Translations under genes and position numbers: made by a program
Source of the DNA: Trichoplax sp. H2
Taxonomy: Eukaryota
DNA length: 64,000 nucleotides
NCBI GenBank assembly: GCA_003344405.1
Contig: NOWV01000129.1
Span: forward strand, 62,001 to 126,000
Direction of reading: 5' to 3'
The notes under the pieces: generated by a model
Seen by the model: only the letters and a program-made list of their open reading frames with translations
What the model was told of the DNA's origin: nothing
Databases searched by the model: none
Shown here: positions 51,094 to 64,000 of the stretch, piece after piece
Numbering within the stretch: the first letter of the stretch is position 1
How the letters are laid out: every line of letters starts with the position of its first letter

Positions 51094-54000
51094 TTATTTC
51101 CAACGAGATAAAAAGCCAAATGATCCCATGTTTGATACGTTAGAGTCAGCCGAATTGTCTAGCTTTCGATTTTCTGTAGGATTAAAAATAGGAGTAATTG
51201 TCATTACAAAAAAAATCAGTTAAGACTCAAGTAATATGAAGAAAAAGCTAATTGCAAAAGAGAAAGGTTAGAAGTTGCTGAATTCTCGCATTGAGACTAC
51301 AGAACCAAAACTCTTATATTTCCAAACCTACTTTTGATCTTTTCGGTGACAACGTTCTTTTCGTCATGTGTAAGTTTTAATAGTGTCGTAAGAACAGGTA
51401 TAAGCTGCTCTTTTTCATCTCCTTGAGCTAAAACAAACTAGATTGTAGACGTATACATGGTTTAGGTATTAGTAGATCAGGGTGCTAAACGAGGCTAAAA
51501 ATTAGGTTGTTATAGAAATATTACCTTCAAAATGATATTCTTGAGGTATTCCAGATTTGATAATTCCTGGCTTCTAGCTTGATTTCTTTCCAACCTGTCG
51601 ATTACAAAGTAAGTTTTAATAACATTAAACGAAATTTTTAATAGAAGAAAGTCATTTCGTAATTATATTAATCAATGGCCGCAAAGTAAAGCAAACGATT
51701 TCCCAGCAAATGAAAACGTTTCAATTTTTAGGAAGGCTAAATAATGATATGTATAGAAGTGCAAGACCTTCTGATTTCTTCCTTTAAGACTTTCGCTTGT
51801 TCTGTCATTACAGAACAGTGATCCTCACTATCTTTGAGTAACTAAGCAAAAAAGCATTATTTCAATGAAATCTATTATGATTGAGGTAAATAATAGATAG
51901 AACTAGATAGATTTACTTGACTTAAGTGTTCAATCTTTTGCTTTTGAACTGTGAGTTGCGCCTGGTTGGTAGCTTTCAATTGTTCAACTATATTCTCATC
52001 CGTTGGAGAATTTACAGTGGTTGCCAATGAACTACTTGAATGTTCTAAAGAAATGAATCAGTTTGTTATATTGCATTGCAATGCAAAGGATGAGAAACAC
52101 AAATTGTGCGAATGCAGTAAGTTTGAAAGATAAACTATGACACGAGGTACCTCCACTGCTATCTTCCGTTAATGAAAGGATCTTCTCTAAAGACGGCGCA
52201 TTATTTGTAATTGCATTCTTACGAAGGATAAAAAATTGTTAAAAATTAAATTTTGCTACCGAGAGATAATTCGATAATTATTTACTTGAATGGCAATCGG
52301 CTCAGATTCTATTCGATCATTTATCTATTAATAACAAATAAAATAGACATTATTCACAGTTTTGAAAAAGCGACATTTAAGCAAGCTACGACAAACCTCC
52401 ACTTCCCCTTTATCATCTACTTTTTCATTATCTAATCGTAACTGTTGTAACTGATGTTGTATTTGTTGTTGTTGTAGTTTATACAACTTCTGATTTGCTT
52501 CATCTAACTGTATTTGTAGCTTCTCGATTTCCGCACCATGGTTTTCTTTCATTGTTTGCATTTCATCCTATGTTTGGCATTGTCCATATAAGATTAGGTT
52601 TTAGCGACTTACTTTTACTGTAAATATCATAATAACACACAATACGAATGCATACACACCTTAAAAGCAGCTGCCATAACTTCGTTACGCCTCATAAGAT
52701 GGCGGACTGCCTCTGCTTGTTCTCCTGCAGCTAATGAGGCATCTGATGTCAACTGTTCTAGCTGATCCTTCCAACTATTCTCTTTTTCTTCTAGATGCTG
52801 AGATAATGTACTGTGCCTTATTTTCAATTGTTCCATTTCACTTTCTATTTCCTCCTTATCATTTATAGCTTTATTCAAATCCGACCTTTAATTAATATCA
52901 AAGTTTTGATTATACAGTGCTATCACTGTTTGCTTCACTATAGAATTTAGGTTTAGTTGCTGCTTAAAACATTAAGATTTTATTACAATAATAGTACACG
53001 ACATGGAATAAAATGTTTACGCGGATATCAGCAAATTTTAAATTTTTTATACTGACTGTAATTTTTCAACTTGCTCTTTCAACTGAGAACATAATTGTTC
53101 AAATTGTAGCCTAAATCAAAATATCAATGCATACGCGTATGTTAATTTTTATTGTTAAGCTGTATACGAGTATATAAGAGAGCACAATTATCAGATTGAA
53201 ATACCTTTCCCGCTTTTCATGATCTAATTGGGCCTGAATTGAGGATTTCGATTTCTGACTCTTTAAGACACTATGAACGCGAACTTTATAACTCTCATAC
53301 TCGGTTCGCATTGACTCAAATGAGGCGTTACATTTATCCTTCTCGGACTGTACAGACGCTAGGTCAGTTTCCAGCGCATATATCCGTTCTTGTAATTCTT
53401 CACAAGACAAGTGGCCCTAAGGAAAGATTATCCATTAAAACCTTCTCACTGAAATAAAATTTCCTATTAAATGTTTACATTAATACCTTTTCCTTAACTT
53501 TATTCAATTCCGCGGACAAGTAGGCAATTTCCATCTAATGAAAATAAATTACTTAAGTTCAGTTATTGTTATACTACAGTACAGTAATTTATTATGCTCA
53601 TTAAATTGTATTACGGTATATAAAATACCTTTTGTTCTTCAATTTGTAATTTTCCTTGTTCGATTTCAGTTCTAAGATCGCTTTCAACTGATTTCTGCTC
53701 TGTTTCCTGAAATAAAAAGACAGAAGGTACAGGTTAACTATCTTGCATAAATAGCAAACGTAGAAATTTATCATACTTTGGCTTTGGCATTTGTTAATTC
53801 CTTCTTCATCATTGACCAGCCACCTTTTAATTTATTAAATTTTTCTTCAATAGTAGATTTGGTTTGCTGGACACTATCTGTTATAAGTACCCGTTAGGTA
53901 ATGTCAGTGAAAAGATGATGAAATAAATTCTCAAACAATCAAGAGATACCTAGATTTATTTTAGTGTTTGCTACTTCGTCTTCTTTTTCTCTCAGTTTTT

Positions 54001-57000
54001 GATTAAGTTTAGATATTTGCTCATCTCTCTCTAAAACTTTCGTTTGTGATGTTTCGAGACTTCGCTTATAATCTTCCATTTCAAGATCAATTACTTTACA
54101 CTGTTCCGCTTCCTAAAGGGAAGGTATCCAATTTTATGAATTGGAGATTACTACTACACTCACAAATTCTACAATACAAACCTTTGCGTATTCCTCAATT
54201 TGTAACGTTAACAATCGTTTTTCCTCTTTTAAATTGGAGGTATCATTTTCGAAATCTTGCACTTGGCTATAAAGCTAATTGTGGTTACATGAATAACAAA
54301 ATAAGTAAACAAAATACTGCAGCAGATGCACAATTCGATTTGGCAAAGAAGGTAGCTTATAGCTATGAAAATACATCAGCAATGAATTAATTACACCTTC
54401 TTCAAGGAAAATATCTTATATATGGTAAATTGCTTAAAACCGTTATTGTTATAACTCTTGATTATGACAATAGACTAAGATACTAAATCTAAATAGTATA
54501 AATACGAAAACAAGTCATGCTAGATAAGAGACATCATTTGTTCACCTGTTTAATTTTGTCCTGTAACTCAACTTTCTCCGAGCTTAATGCCTTTCCTCTA
54601 TTTTCTAGCTCTGAGCGAATGCTTTCTAATTTGCCGATACGTTCTATTAGAGACTGATTTGAAAAGAATATGTAAGATAATTTTTCCTTATATTTAATAT
54701 ACTTAGGAAAAAAGTACTAGTTTCATTACGGCCAAATCTTACATCTCTTTCTTTTACAGTATCATTAAGCCTGATTACTAAATCATCTCGAGTTACTTTC
54801 AGATTTTGAAAATCACTGACAAGACTCTAGAAGTCAAAACAATATCTGATGTTAAGTAGTAGGGATTTACACAGTAAAATAGATTTTAACGATAATTAAT
54901 AATGAGCACGAAAGGAATTTGATTTTATTTCCTTCCTGTGATTTACGTGTACGTCATGAGTGGGCTTATTTACCGTTTTATTCGAAAGCAGATCTTGTAA
55001 ATCCTTTTCATATTGCAGGCACCTGAAATTAAGTGTTTTAAGTACTTTAATAGTCTAAATCTAATAGTCAAAATCCGCTTACCTGTCATTTAATTGTATT
55101 ATTTTTTCGTCTTTGTCAGACAGTGTTTCTTGCAGTTGCTATAGAGAAATAAGAACAAAGCTTACTTGTACATGGATAATTTAACGTAAATATGAGAAAG
55201 CTGGCGTATTAAAAGTTTATAAGTCTTAAACCTCATATTGCTTTTTAAATTCCACTTTTGTTTCTTCGAGTTCCACACCTAATTGTTCTGATTCCTATGG
55301 AATATTGAAATAAAATCTTTAAATGATGGATCTTGGCAAAGCATCGACATATACTATTCTATAGAATCAGAGTGGTAAAGCTTACCTTGCCTGCCATCTG
55401 TAATTGTTGGAACAGTTCGTCTCGCTCAGATGCCACCTTTTCAAATTCCGATTCTATTTTCTTCAACTAAAAGAAAAGTATTTCAAAAAGGTAGCAAATC
55501 GTTGAAACTTATAACTAAATATATTACGATTACAGCCATACGCGAATTTAAAGCTTTCAATCGGGCTTACGGACTATAAAATGACTACCTCAAGCACAGA
55601 CTCTTCTAGGTTTAACTCTGATACTTCAAAATTTGATTTTACTTCTTGATACTTTTGTTCTATAATCTGATGTTTCTTTTTCAATTGTTCTACGATGCAT
55701 AGGCAATATGATACTACTTAGTATCAATACGACTATACTAGTAAATGCTCATGCTAAAGGTAAGTTAACTGGCTAAGTACTGTTACTTGATAATAATTCT
55801 TGTTCTTTAGCATGATTTTCGATCTCGTCAATGGTAGCCTATCAAAAAAAGCATTTTTGAATTTAAAATATTTATAACTTTATAGAAAAGCATAGTATAT
55901 ACGTATTTACTGTACATACAATACGCTCGCTTTCAAAGCTTATTTGTTCATTTAATTTTTGATTATCTGTTTCAAGAGCATCAACTTTTTCTTTGAGTTC
56001 CTAAATATTTTATGATTACACAATTGTATACATATTAGTGGCATAAATATCAGCTTATTTAATAATACAAAGCTTCAATTGGATGACTAACATTAACAAG
56101 ATCATTCATATCTTTCTGCTCTTTCGATTTTGATTCTGAGTCATTTGTAAGTTGTTCAGTAAGGTCCTAAAAAGTAACCATCGATACAAATTCCTTTACT
56201 TCAATTCATTTTCTGCCATCTAATTTTAAATTTAACACAATAGAAAGGCAAACTTACAGCAACTTTTGCCTCTGCATCAGTTTTTTCTTGAATTGTATGT
56301 GAAAGCTCATCTCTTGTACAATGTAATTGTTTGTTGAGTACCTGAAAAAATGCAAATTTTTTTCAATTTCTGATGGCGCTTTCATAGCGGATTTAAAAAA
56401 TTTCGAAATCCTATGCGCGTGTCTAAGATCTCACTTCTATGGTATTCTCTGCATCTTTGAGTGAATTATGTTCATTTGCTGATATTTGACGAAGTTCTTC
56501 AAGATCCTTCGATACACTCTCGAGGCGGGAATGATATTCCTTCAAAATTTTTGTATACAGGAGAACTTTAATTCTGTGGCTACCGGTATACTCTAAATCC
56601 AGTATGCATACCTCTTTAAGATTCGATTCATTTTCCGAGCTCGATTTACGAATATCGTCAAGTTCATCATTTAAGCGAACAGCTTCGGCTTTTAGACTCT
56701 TATAAATTCGATTTGAAGACGATATTATTGACAAAGTCTAGCAGATACGAAAGATGCCTTATACAAATTAGACCTACTTCACAGATAACATCTTTCAGTT
56801 CGGCTTGCTCTACTTCTAATTTCAGTTTTGATCGTAACTGATTTACCTCTGTCTTAAGTTCCTACACAAAATAGTTGAAGGGACGTTAACGATCTGGAAA
56901 TAACACTGCTTTACCGTTATACAGTACCTCTACACTTTCCATTAAGTCTTGTGCAGTGTTATCACTTGCGTTAAGTTCTGAAGCTAACCGTTCACACTCC

Positions 57001-60000
57001 TGAATAGAAATTTAACTTAAGGCGCAAAATATATTCAAATCTAATAGCTCTAGCTTACTAAGTTACATTCCCATATTTTTACTGTGAAAAGGCATTTTGG
57101 CACAAACTTACCAAACCAGCAGACCTAAGTTCTTCGAGTAGATTATTTCTGTCCTGGGTAATTCTCCCTACATCGTTCTCTAAGGCGTCACGCTAGCAAC
57201 ATTTAAAATGCCGGTATGGATAAGTAAATTTTACATATTACACACTAAGAATGTACCATTTTAAGACATTATAAATTATCTATACCTGGGTTTTAATTTC
57301 ATTCGCTTCAGTGGTAATATCTTTAAGATTTTGGTTTAATTTAATTAGATTTTTCTGCAATTCAGTGATGGAGTTCGCGGACTTTTCTATTAAGGTATAA
57401 TTCATTAATTAATTAACTTAGTGGATGCGTTACAATAATATGAAATACTCACCTTCAATTTCTTTTCCTGCAGAGGCTTCATGCTTAAGTCGTGTCACTT
57501 CGTCCTAATTTATTGTAAATAAGTTCATTTTGCAATACTTAATTACAATATTAATCAAAATTATCTGCTTAAGCCATACTATGATCAGGAATGTATCATT
57601 TCAGATTAGTTAGCGAAATTATTACGGATTACTAAAGGAAAATATAGAAAGCATACTATAAGCTTTTGTTCAGCGGCTTGTGACTCCTCTAAGTTCGATA
57701 ATATGCTATCCTTATAAATCATGAGATCATCTAATTGCGCTTTCATCATCTATTCAAGAAATATCATCGATTGAAAGAATGATTAGTGATTACTACATCC
57801 AATAATGTTTCAGCATAGTGGTAGAACGTTATTCTGACCTCATAATCCTCCGTCATAGCTTGAAATTTCTCTTTTATGTCTTTATCAGTATCTTCTTTTT
57901 CATTCTACATCATGATTTAAGCATATTATTACAATATCGCTATATGCAATTTATCGTTGATGCTACAATTTCTATAGACGTTACAAACCGTGCGCTCAAT
58001 AACTGCTGCTGTGTTCGCAAGATCTGTAGTTAAATTGGCGATTTGCTCATCTAGTTTCTATAATTGTAAGGAAATTGATTATAAAATTATCATTACTAGC
58101 GTTCTCTAAGTTCATAAGGTGTTTGCAATTGTGGTAATTATTCAGAAGTGTATTAGCAACCTTGATTTTGTCATCGCGATCACAAAGGTCTTGCTGTTGT
58201 GAATCCATTTTTTGACGTAATCCATTTATTTCTTCTTTGGTAGATAATAGCTTTTGTTTTAATTTCTGTTACATTAAATTAAGTTGTAAAAAATCAGTTT
58301 TACTGTTGCGTATATTGAACGAGTCTATTGATCAATATCCTTACATTAATAATTGCATTCTTAGTAGATGTTTCTTTAGAGAGTTCTTCAAATTTTGTGC
58401 TCAATTCTTCTTTTTCAACTTTATACTGATTAACTGATTCATTTAATTCCTAAGCAGAATGCCACAATATCTAGTTATCTAATTGTTGATTAATAAGAAT
58501 TGCATGTAATTCTATTCCATAGGAAGTCCTTACCTCTACTAATTTAGATAGATCGCTAGAAACATTATCTTTGGCGTTTAATGCCACTATTAATTCTTCT
58601 TTGACATTTTCTAATGACTCTGTTAGTAATGCTTTCTCTTGCGTAGAGTTATTTAAAAGCTTGCGTAGTTCCTAGTATTGTTATTTGTATCAACATTATC
58701 TACTCGAAGTAGTCTATTTGCTATGACGAACAATCGAAAGTTGCTAAAATATGAATTTCTAAACCTCAGTAACGGTGTCCATATTTTGTATGTCTTGACG
58801 TTCTTGACATAGTAATTGATCTTTTTCTTTTATCGACTCTAGCAGATCCTGTTTCGATGCCTGATGGATAAAAAAGGAATAGTTTAGAAAAGATATGTAA
58901 TCTTAAAAATGTCGCAATAAAGCGAATAAATACTGCAGAAGTTACTTCGAATTTCTGAATTAAATTTTCATTGTTGGATTTTTCTTCTTGCAATTGAGTC
59001 TCTAGCTCGTTTATTTTTACTTGAAACTGTTCTGTTTGTGACTGATAACAAAGATGTAGACTTTAATTAAGAAAGTTAATTTCCCTTATACAGTAAGCGT
59101 AAACATTTACTGGATCATTTCAAGAATATATGAAATGATAGTGAAAATGCAACTACAATAGAAATTGAGAAGATTTGCTTACTTTACTGTCTTCAATCAT
59201 TCGATTATACTTTTTATGTAAATTCTTTAAGTGGTTTTCACTTTGCTGTAGTCTATGGTTGCAACTCTGCAAGTATTTATTAAATTTTATTCAGTGATGA
59301 AGATATGGTAATATTTAATTGTAATGGAAAATTTTAATTTTCAGTAATTATTCATTGATGTGATAGGCAATTGATAAACAATTTAAAATTTTTTGTTAAT
59401 GTAATATGCCGATTGGAACATTGTTTATAGTTTGGTCGAATGCTTAGAGTAACTAGATAAATTGCTATGTTAGCTTACATTAAGTTCTTCCCTTAGATTT
59501 TTATTTTCTGCCACCGCCTGATCTTGTTGTTTGATGAGGTCTTCATAATTATCAGAATGGCTCTGCTGTTGTTTAGTTAAGGCTTCATTTTTTTCACTTA
59601 ATATATTAATTTCCTTCGTGATCACATCATTACTATCTTGAAGCTTTTTATTAGCGGTTTCCAATTCGTTCACTTGAATCGTTAGCGCTATGAAAACCGT
59701 ATAGTGGGATTTAAAGCTATCGTTAATTATTATTACAATAAAATGCGATCTCTTCTATAATCATTGTGCCAATAAAACTTGATCGTGTAACAGTAAAGAC
59801 GACTAAATATAATTATAGACCTTTTAAATAAGACTATCTATATGTAGTTTATATCGGTAAAATACTAGTCTCTGATATCTCCACAAGCGCAATAAAACAT
59901 GACTACGTGATAGAATATGATAACACCTAAATAGCACACCATTCCTCGATATCGACTTTGATACTTATAGTAGAGCAACACTACTTTCTATTAGTTAAAA

Positions 60001-61088
60001 TAGGATAGTCAGTAAACGAGATATTGTACTAGCTAAAATGGGAACGAACAAGCGTTAGCGCAAGCGTCTAACATGCTCGTTCCTAGTATATTTTACCATA
60101 ATTGATTACTAAGGTACATTATGTTACCATAATTCAATACTGTAAGTTTAGTTGATGTAAATTTTGTTATAGCAATTATTAAATAATAATGTTCGATTTA
60201 TTTACCGTCAGCAGTAAATTTCAGCTTCTTCTTGCTAGTGACTTGCTTTTTAATATATTGTATTAATTCTTCTCGCGATAGGGTATCCAGCTATATATGT
60301 TTGTATTTCAGAAATGTAAGTATCAGGACTGCGATATACTCCTTAATATTAATGGTGTTCTAGTGCAATACTATGTACAAGTATCAATTATATTGTTTGT
60401 ATCGTGAACAAAACATAATAATTCATAACTAAAAGAGATTAATTTATCCTAACTAGAACTTATAAATACGCCGATTGAAATCGATTGGATAAAGCAATTT
60501 GTATTATATACTATCTTCGCATGGTTCAGAAACTAGTTTCACTTTTTTAATTTACATTACGTAAGATACACGTAACTGCTTGCAAAAATTGTTAGAGATA
60601 TGGAAAAAGTAGTTCGATAACATCATCTATAAATATCAAGTACAAATAATAATGTCTTTAAATTAATACATCTATTACGTTGATATGTTATTGCGGCCTG
60701 TAACAAAAGATGTTGGCTTGATTTAATTCAATACACGGGTATCTTGCGGTATAAATTCTTTATAACTACAATACTGTTAGGGCTGTTTTTGCAAATACAG
60801 TATTTTAAAAATGGTTATACATTTACATTACGGTTACTATTAGCGTCGGTCCTATACATTTTATGACGTTTTATCGTCATTCAGTTTTTTTAATAAATCT
60901 TGATTGAAAAAGTGATAAGATTTGAAATTTGAGGTAGTCTACTATTATATTTAACAGTAATCAAGTAGAACAGTTGCTAATAAGGACCGCTATTTTACCG
61001 TGCTTCTGGCAGGAGTTGTTCCTCCACTTGAGCTATTGTTGCGGCTACTACCAGTCCTTTTATTGTCAACTTCATTTTCGTTGTTGCT
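51094..61088 (-). CDS. GCC2: GRIP and coiled-coil domain golgin (GCC185/GCC2 orthologue); first coding exon not resolved
   Basis: N-terminal exons 60999-61088 (...SSGGTTPARST) and ~60206-60290 LDTLSREELIQYIKKQ resemble the GCC2 N-terminus (LETLPKEDLIKFAKKQ). About 35 coiled-coil exons follow, including IDLEMEDYKR and EYESYKVRVHSVLKSQK. The C-terminus reads EQAKVLKEEIRRLERN..NLEYLKNIILKFV..EQLIPVLTTLLKLTHDE (GRIP domain) and ends GFLSRWK* at 51094. There is an AATAAA on the minus strand at about 51035-51040. Confidence 0.9.
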
Positions 61089-62690
61089 CTAAAACAGTTA
61101 GATAGGTAAATTTTAAATCGATAAAATTTTAATTACCTATTTCTCGGATAATATTAGTTGTACTGTAGAGTAGATTATATTCCTATATGGTAATGTAATG
61201 TCTTCATTTACCGATAGCGATATCTACTTTATTCAGAGTCTAAATTTTGGTTTCCCCTTTCCGGGCAAATTGATATAATATGATACGAGAGAATTGTTTA
61301 AGTTGTATATGGAATAGGTACTAGCAAGGAGTGCCATGGGCTACAAAGGTGTAGAGAAAATCCTTAACAATGTTACTGGAATCATGTCATATATCATGAT
61401 GAATGTAATACAGCGACGTGCACTACATAAAAATATAGATGAAAGAATGGATATTGTGTTTGTGCCCGATTTCAATTAGTCTTATTTGCCGATCAATTAA
61501 TTTGAAGATTTACAGTACATTGTAATTCATTTACAGTCAACAACCATTCTATTAACAGTTCAACTGATACATTAATTAAGGCATAATAGGCAAATTTTGG
61601 GTTGAGAATTCCGTTACAGTCTATAATAACTGAATACGTTTCCCATTTCGTAAACTGTACAAGCAATAAATTCCTAGCCATTCTGCTATTATTATCTTGA
61701 CATAATGATATATATATTTACTATCTATCATTAAACTGTACAGTTTTCAAACTTTCAATCTAATTGAGGTTAATACTGCAATGTATAGTAAAAATACCAT
61801 ATCTGTGCAATATGTCCTACCCAATCCATAAAGTTTGGTTTCACTTTTCAACAGCATTACTGTAATGCAATCAACTCGATATGTTATCGACAACGTAAAA
61901 CTCTTGTTGATATTATCAGTAATCGATTTCTAACTTTACAACAGAAGTACAGTAAGAGGCGAAGGTAGATCTTATCATAAAATGTATTTCCTCATCATTA
62001 ATTCATTTCTTAAATAATAATCATCTAGCTCTCAAAAAGTCACTAGTGGTACTGCCGACAATGTCAATAATACCATTGCATGCTTTCAAATTGTTTTTTT
62101 AAAGATCCATTTCCGACGAAGACGAGATCATCAAAAATGCAAGTCAATAATCGTTCAACAATGTTTCTTCCTTGACTAATGTAATTTGTAACTGAATAAG
62201 ATTTATTACAAAATGTTTTATGTTCATAAAAAATTTAATTTCGTCTTCAAGCTGATCTTAAAGGGTGAAATAAATATGAAAAGTAAGAGTTATCAGATAT
62301 GGCCAAAGTCGAACGATTGGCCATACCTACCATTCGCATGTTAAAAATAATAAGAAAATGTGGCTATTTATGATCTGTCCAATAAATCTTTCAGCTTATA
62401 TAAACTTATAGCAAGAGTAATTGTGGAAGTAGTCCTACATTCCGTCAATGTTGTATGGAGATTGTTACTGGCTAACTTGACTAAAAGGATCCTTTTAGTG
62501 GTAACCGTTTTACGACACAAGTAGTAGTACCGTATGGATATCTGTTATGTTATGAACCTATTGAGTACATTCCTTGTTCGCTTGTTTCCGATGTGAATTC
62601 AACGATAGTAAGTCAGAGTCGACGTGGTATAGGTTATGTAGATTGTGAAAACTACCTTGCATGGTATCTAATTTTATCACACAAATAAGG

Positions 62691-62910
62691 ATGTGTACGT
62701 CTTGGATGACAACATTAGTCGGTATCTTCTTCTGAATGTGTCTCTCTTTTATGACAACATTAGTCGGTATCTTCTTCTTAATGTGTACCTCTTTAGTGAC
62801 AACATTAGTCGGCATCTTCTTCTTAATGTGTACCTCTTTTATAACAACATTAGTCGATGTCTTCTTCATGTGTACCTCATCCATGACAATACTAATCGAT
62901 ATCTTCTTGT
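62691..62910. repeat. 45-bp minisatellite, about 5 copies
   Basis: Unit approximately ATGTGTACCTCTTTTATGACAACATTAGTCGGTATCTTCTTCTTA, repeated head to tail. It explains the three overlapping repetitive ORFs. Confidence 0.9.
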
Positions 62911-64000
62911 TCGTTTGTTTCGAATGTAGGTTGAATTACAGCAAGGAACCATGTTCCATACCGTCCTTTCGATTTTAATATCTAGTACTGTACAGGGCTG
63001 ATTTTAAACTGGTTTATTGCAGATGTTATCAAGGGCCAACTTGAACTACATGGATGTTACCGTAAGTCTTTTGTAACTGAGCTTGTTTTGGACGTGAATT
63101 GCAGCAAGAATTCATGTTATACATAATAATTAAGATTTTGATGTTGTGTATAGTACTGATTTTAGACTCATTAGGCTAACTTGAGCTACATGCACGCTGA
63201 ACGAATGGTGTCCCATTTCATAACCAGTAAAATGATATGTCTATCAACTATGACTTCATCAATCGATATCCTCTTAGCTTGTTTTAAACATGATTGGAAT
63301 TGTAGCAAGAATCTATACTACATTCAATACTCAACCTGTTAATGGCATAGACATGATTGATTTAGACATAGGGAATGATATGGCCTATTAACTATGACTC
63401 CATGAATCGATATCTTCTTTAGCTTGTTTTGGACGTGATTTGAGTTGCTGCAAGAGTCTAGTTGTCTATTCAAATGTAGAATGTTGATGGCATTTCCCGG
63501 AGTGATTTTAGACTCGTTTATAGAGGATATTTGTCATGGGTTAACTTAAACCACATGAGTGCTATCATTATTTCATTCTAAAATTTATGCTATGTCCATG
63601 TTGGATATCCATTCAGATAGAGTCGATGTTGTCTACGACACTGGCGACTTTTGTCAACTACGTCTTACCATGTTGACGATATTGGTCATTGGGCAAGATG
63701 TCACTCTGTCTATTTTCTCGTGATACTGTATATCGAATCTACTTCATAAGGAATCCTAGCCTATTTTACGTTTATTTGGAGTGATGTTGATTTTTTTCTC
63801 CATTCTGTTACGACATCGATTGATTAATTCAAGTCAAATACCGTGAGGGATGGACTATCGGGTATTTCCAGTATTTACTCGTCTATGAAATGGTATACAA
63901 TGTGGGCAAGTATGGATTCTACTAGGGCTAAGTGAACTTTTCAATCATTCATCCTGGTGCATGATGACATTGATGATTACGTTTCATTTTCTTCTTATTT

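Noticed and set aside
62691..62910. CRISPR-like repeat array or repeat-protein genes (ORFs 62558-62978)
   Set aside because: The units are contiguous with no unique spacers, the context is eukaryotic and there are no cas genes. The ORFs follow from a stop-free 45-bp unit.

Overview
AT-rich, intron-rich eukaryotic (animal) genomic DNA, so the ORF track mostly shows exon fragments. The compact, gene-dense layout with short GT-AG introns and divergent single-copy orthologues suggests an early-branching metazoan such as a placozoan (inference, not provable here). I spliced six genes by hand: DP transcription factor (TFDP-like, +, 1312-5017), DZIP1/DZIP1L-like ciliary protein (-, 8161-24169), tripeptidyl-peptidase II (TPP2, -, 26142-36456), TMEM164 (+, 38237-41726), a two-exon opsin-like class A GPCR lacking the retinal-binding Lys (+, 45334-48227) and the golgin GCC2 (-, 51094 to at least 61088; start exon not resolved). 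Non-coding highlights are a perfect RFX X-box beside a forkhead site upstream of DZIP1, a 68-bp MITE with 15-bp TIRs and a 7-bp TSD, a fossil RTE-like LINE fragment, a possible upstream exon extending TPP2, and many local tandem repeats. I saw no rRNA, tRNA or CRISPR array. I found no clearly new biological system; the findings are leads of modest to moderate interest.
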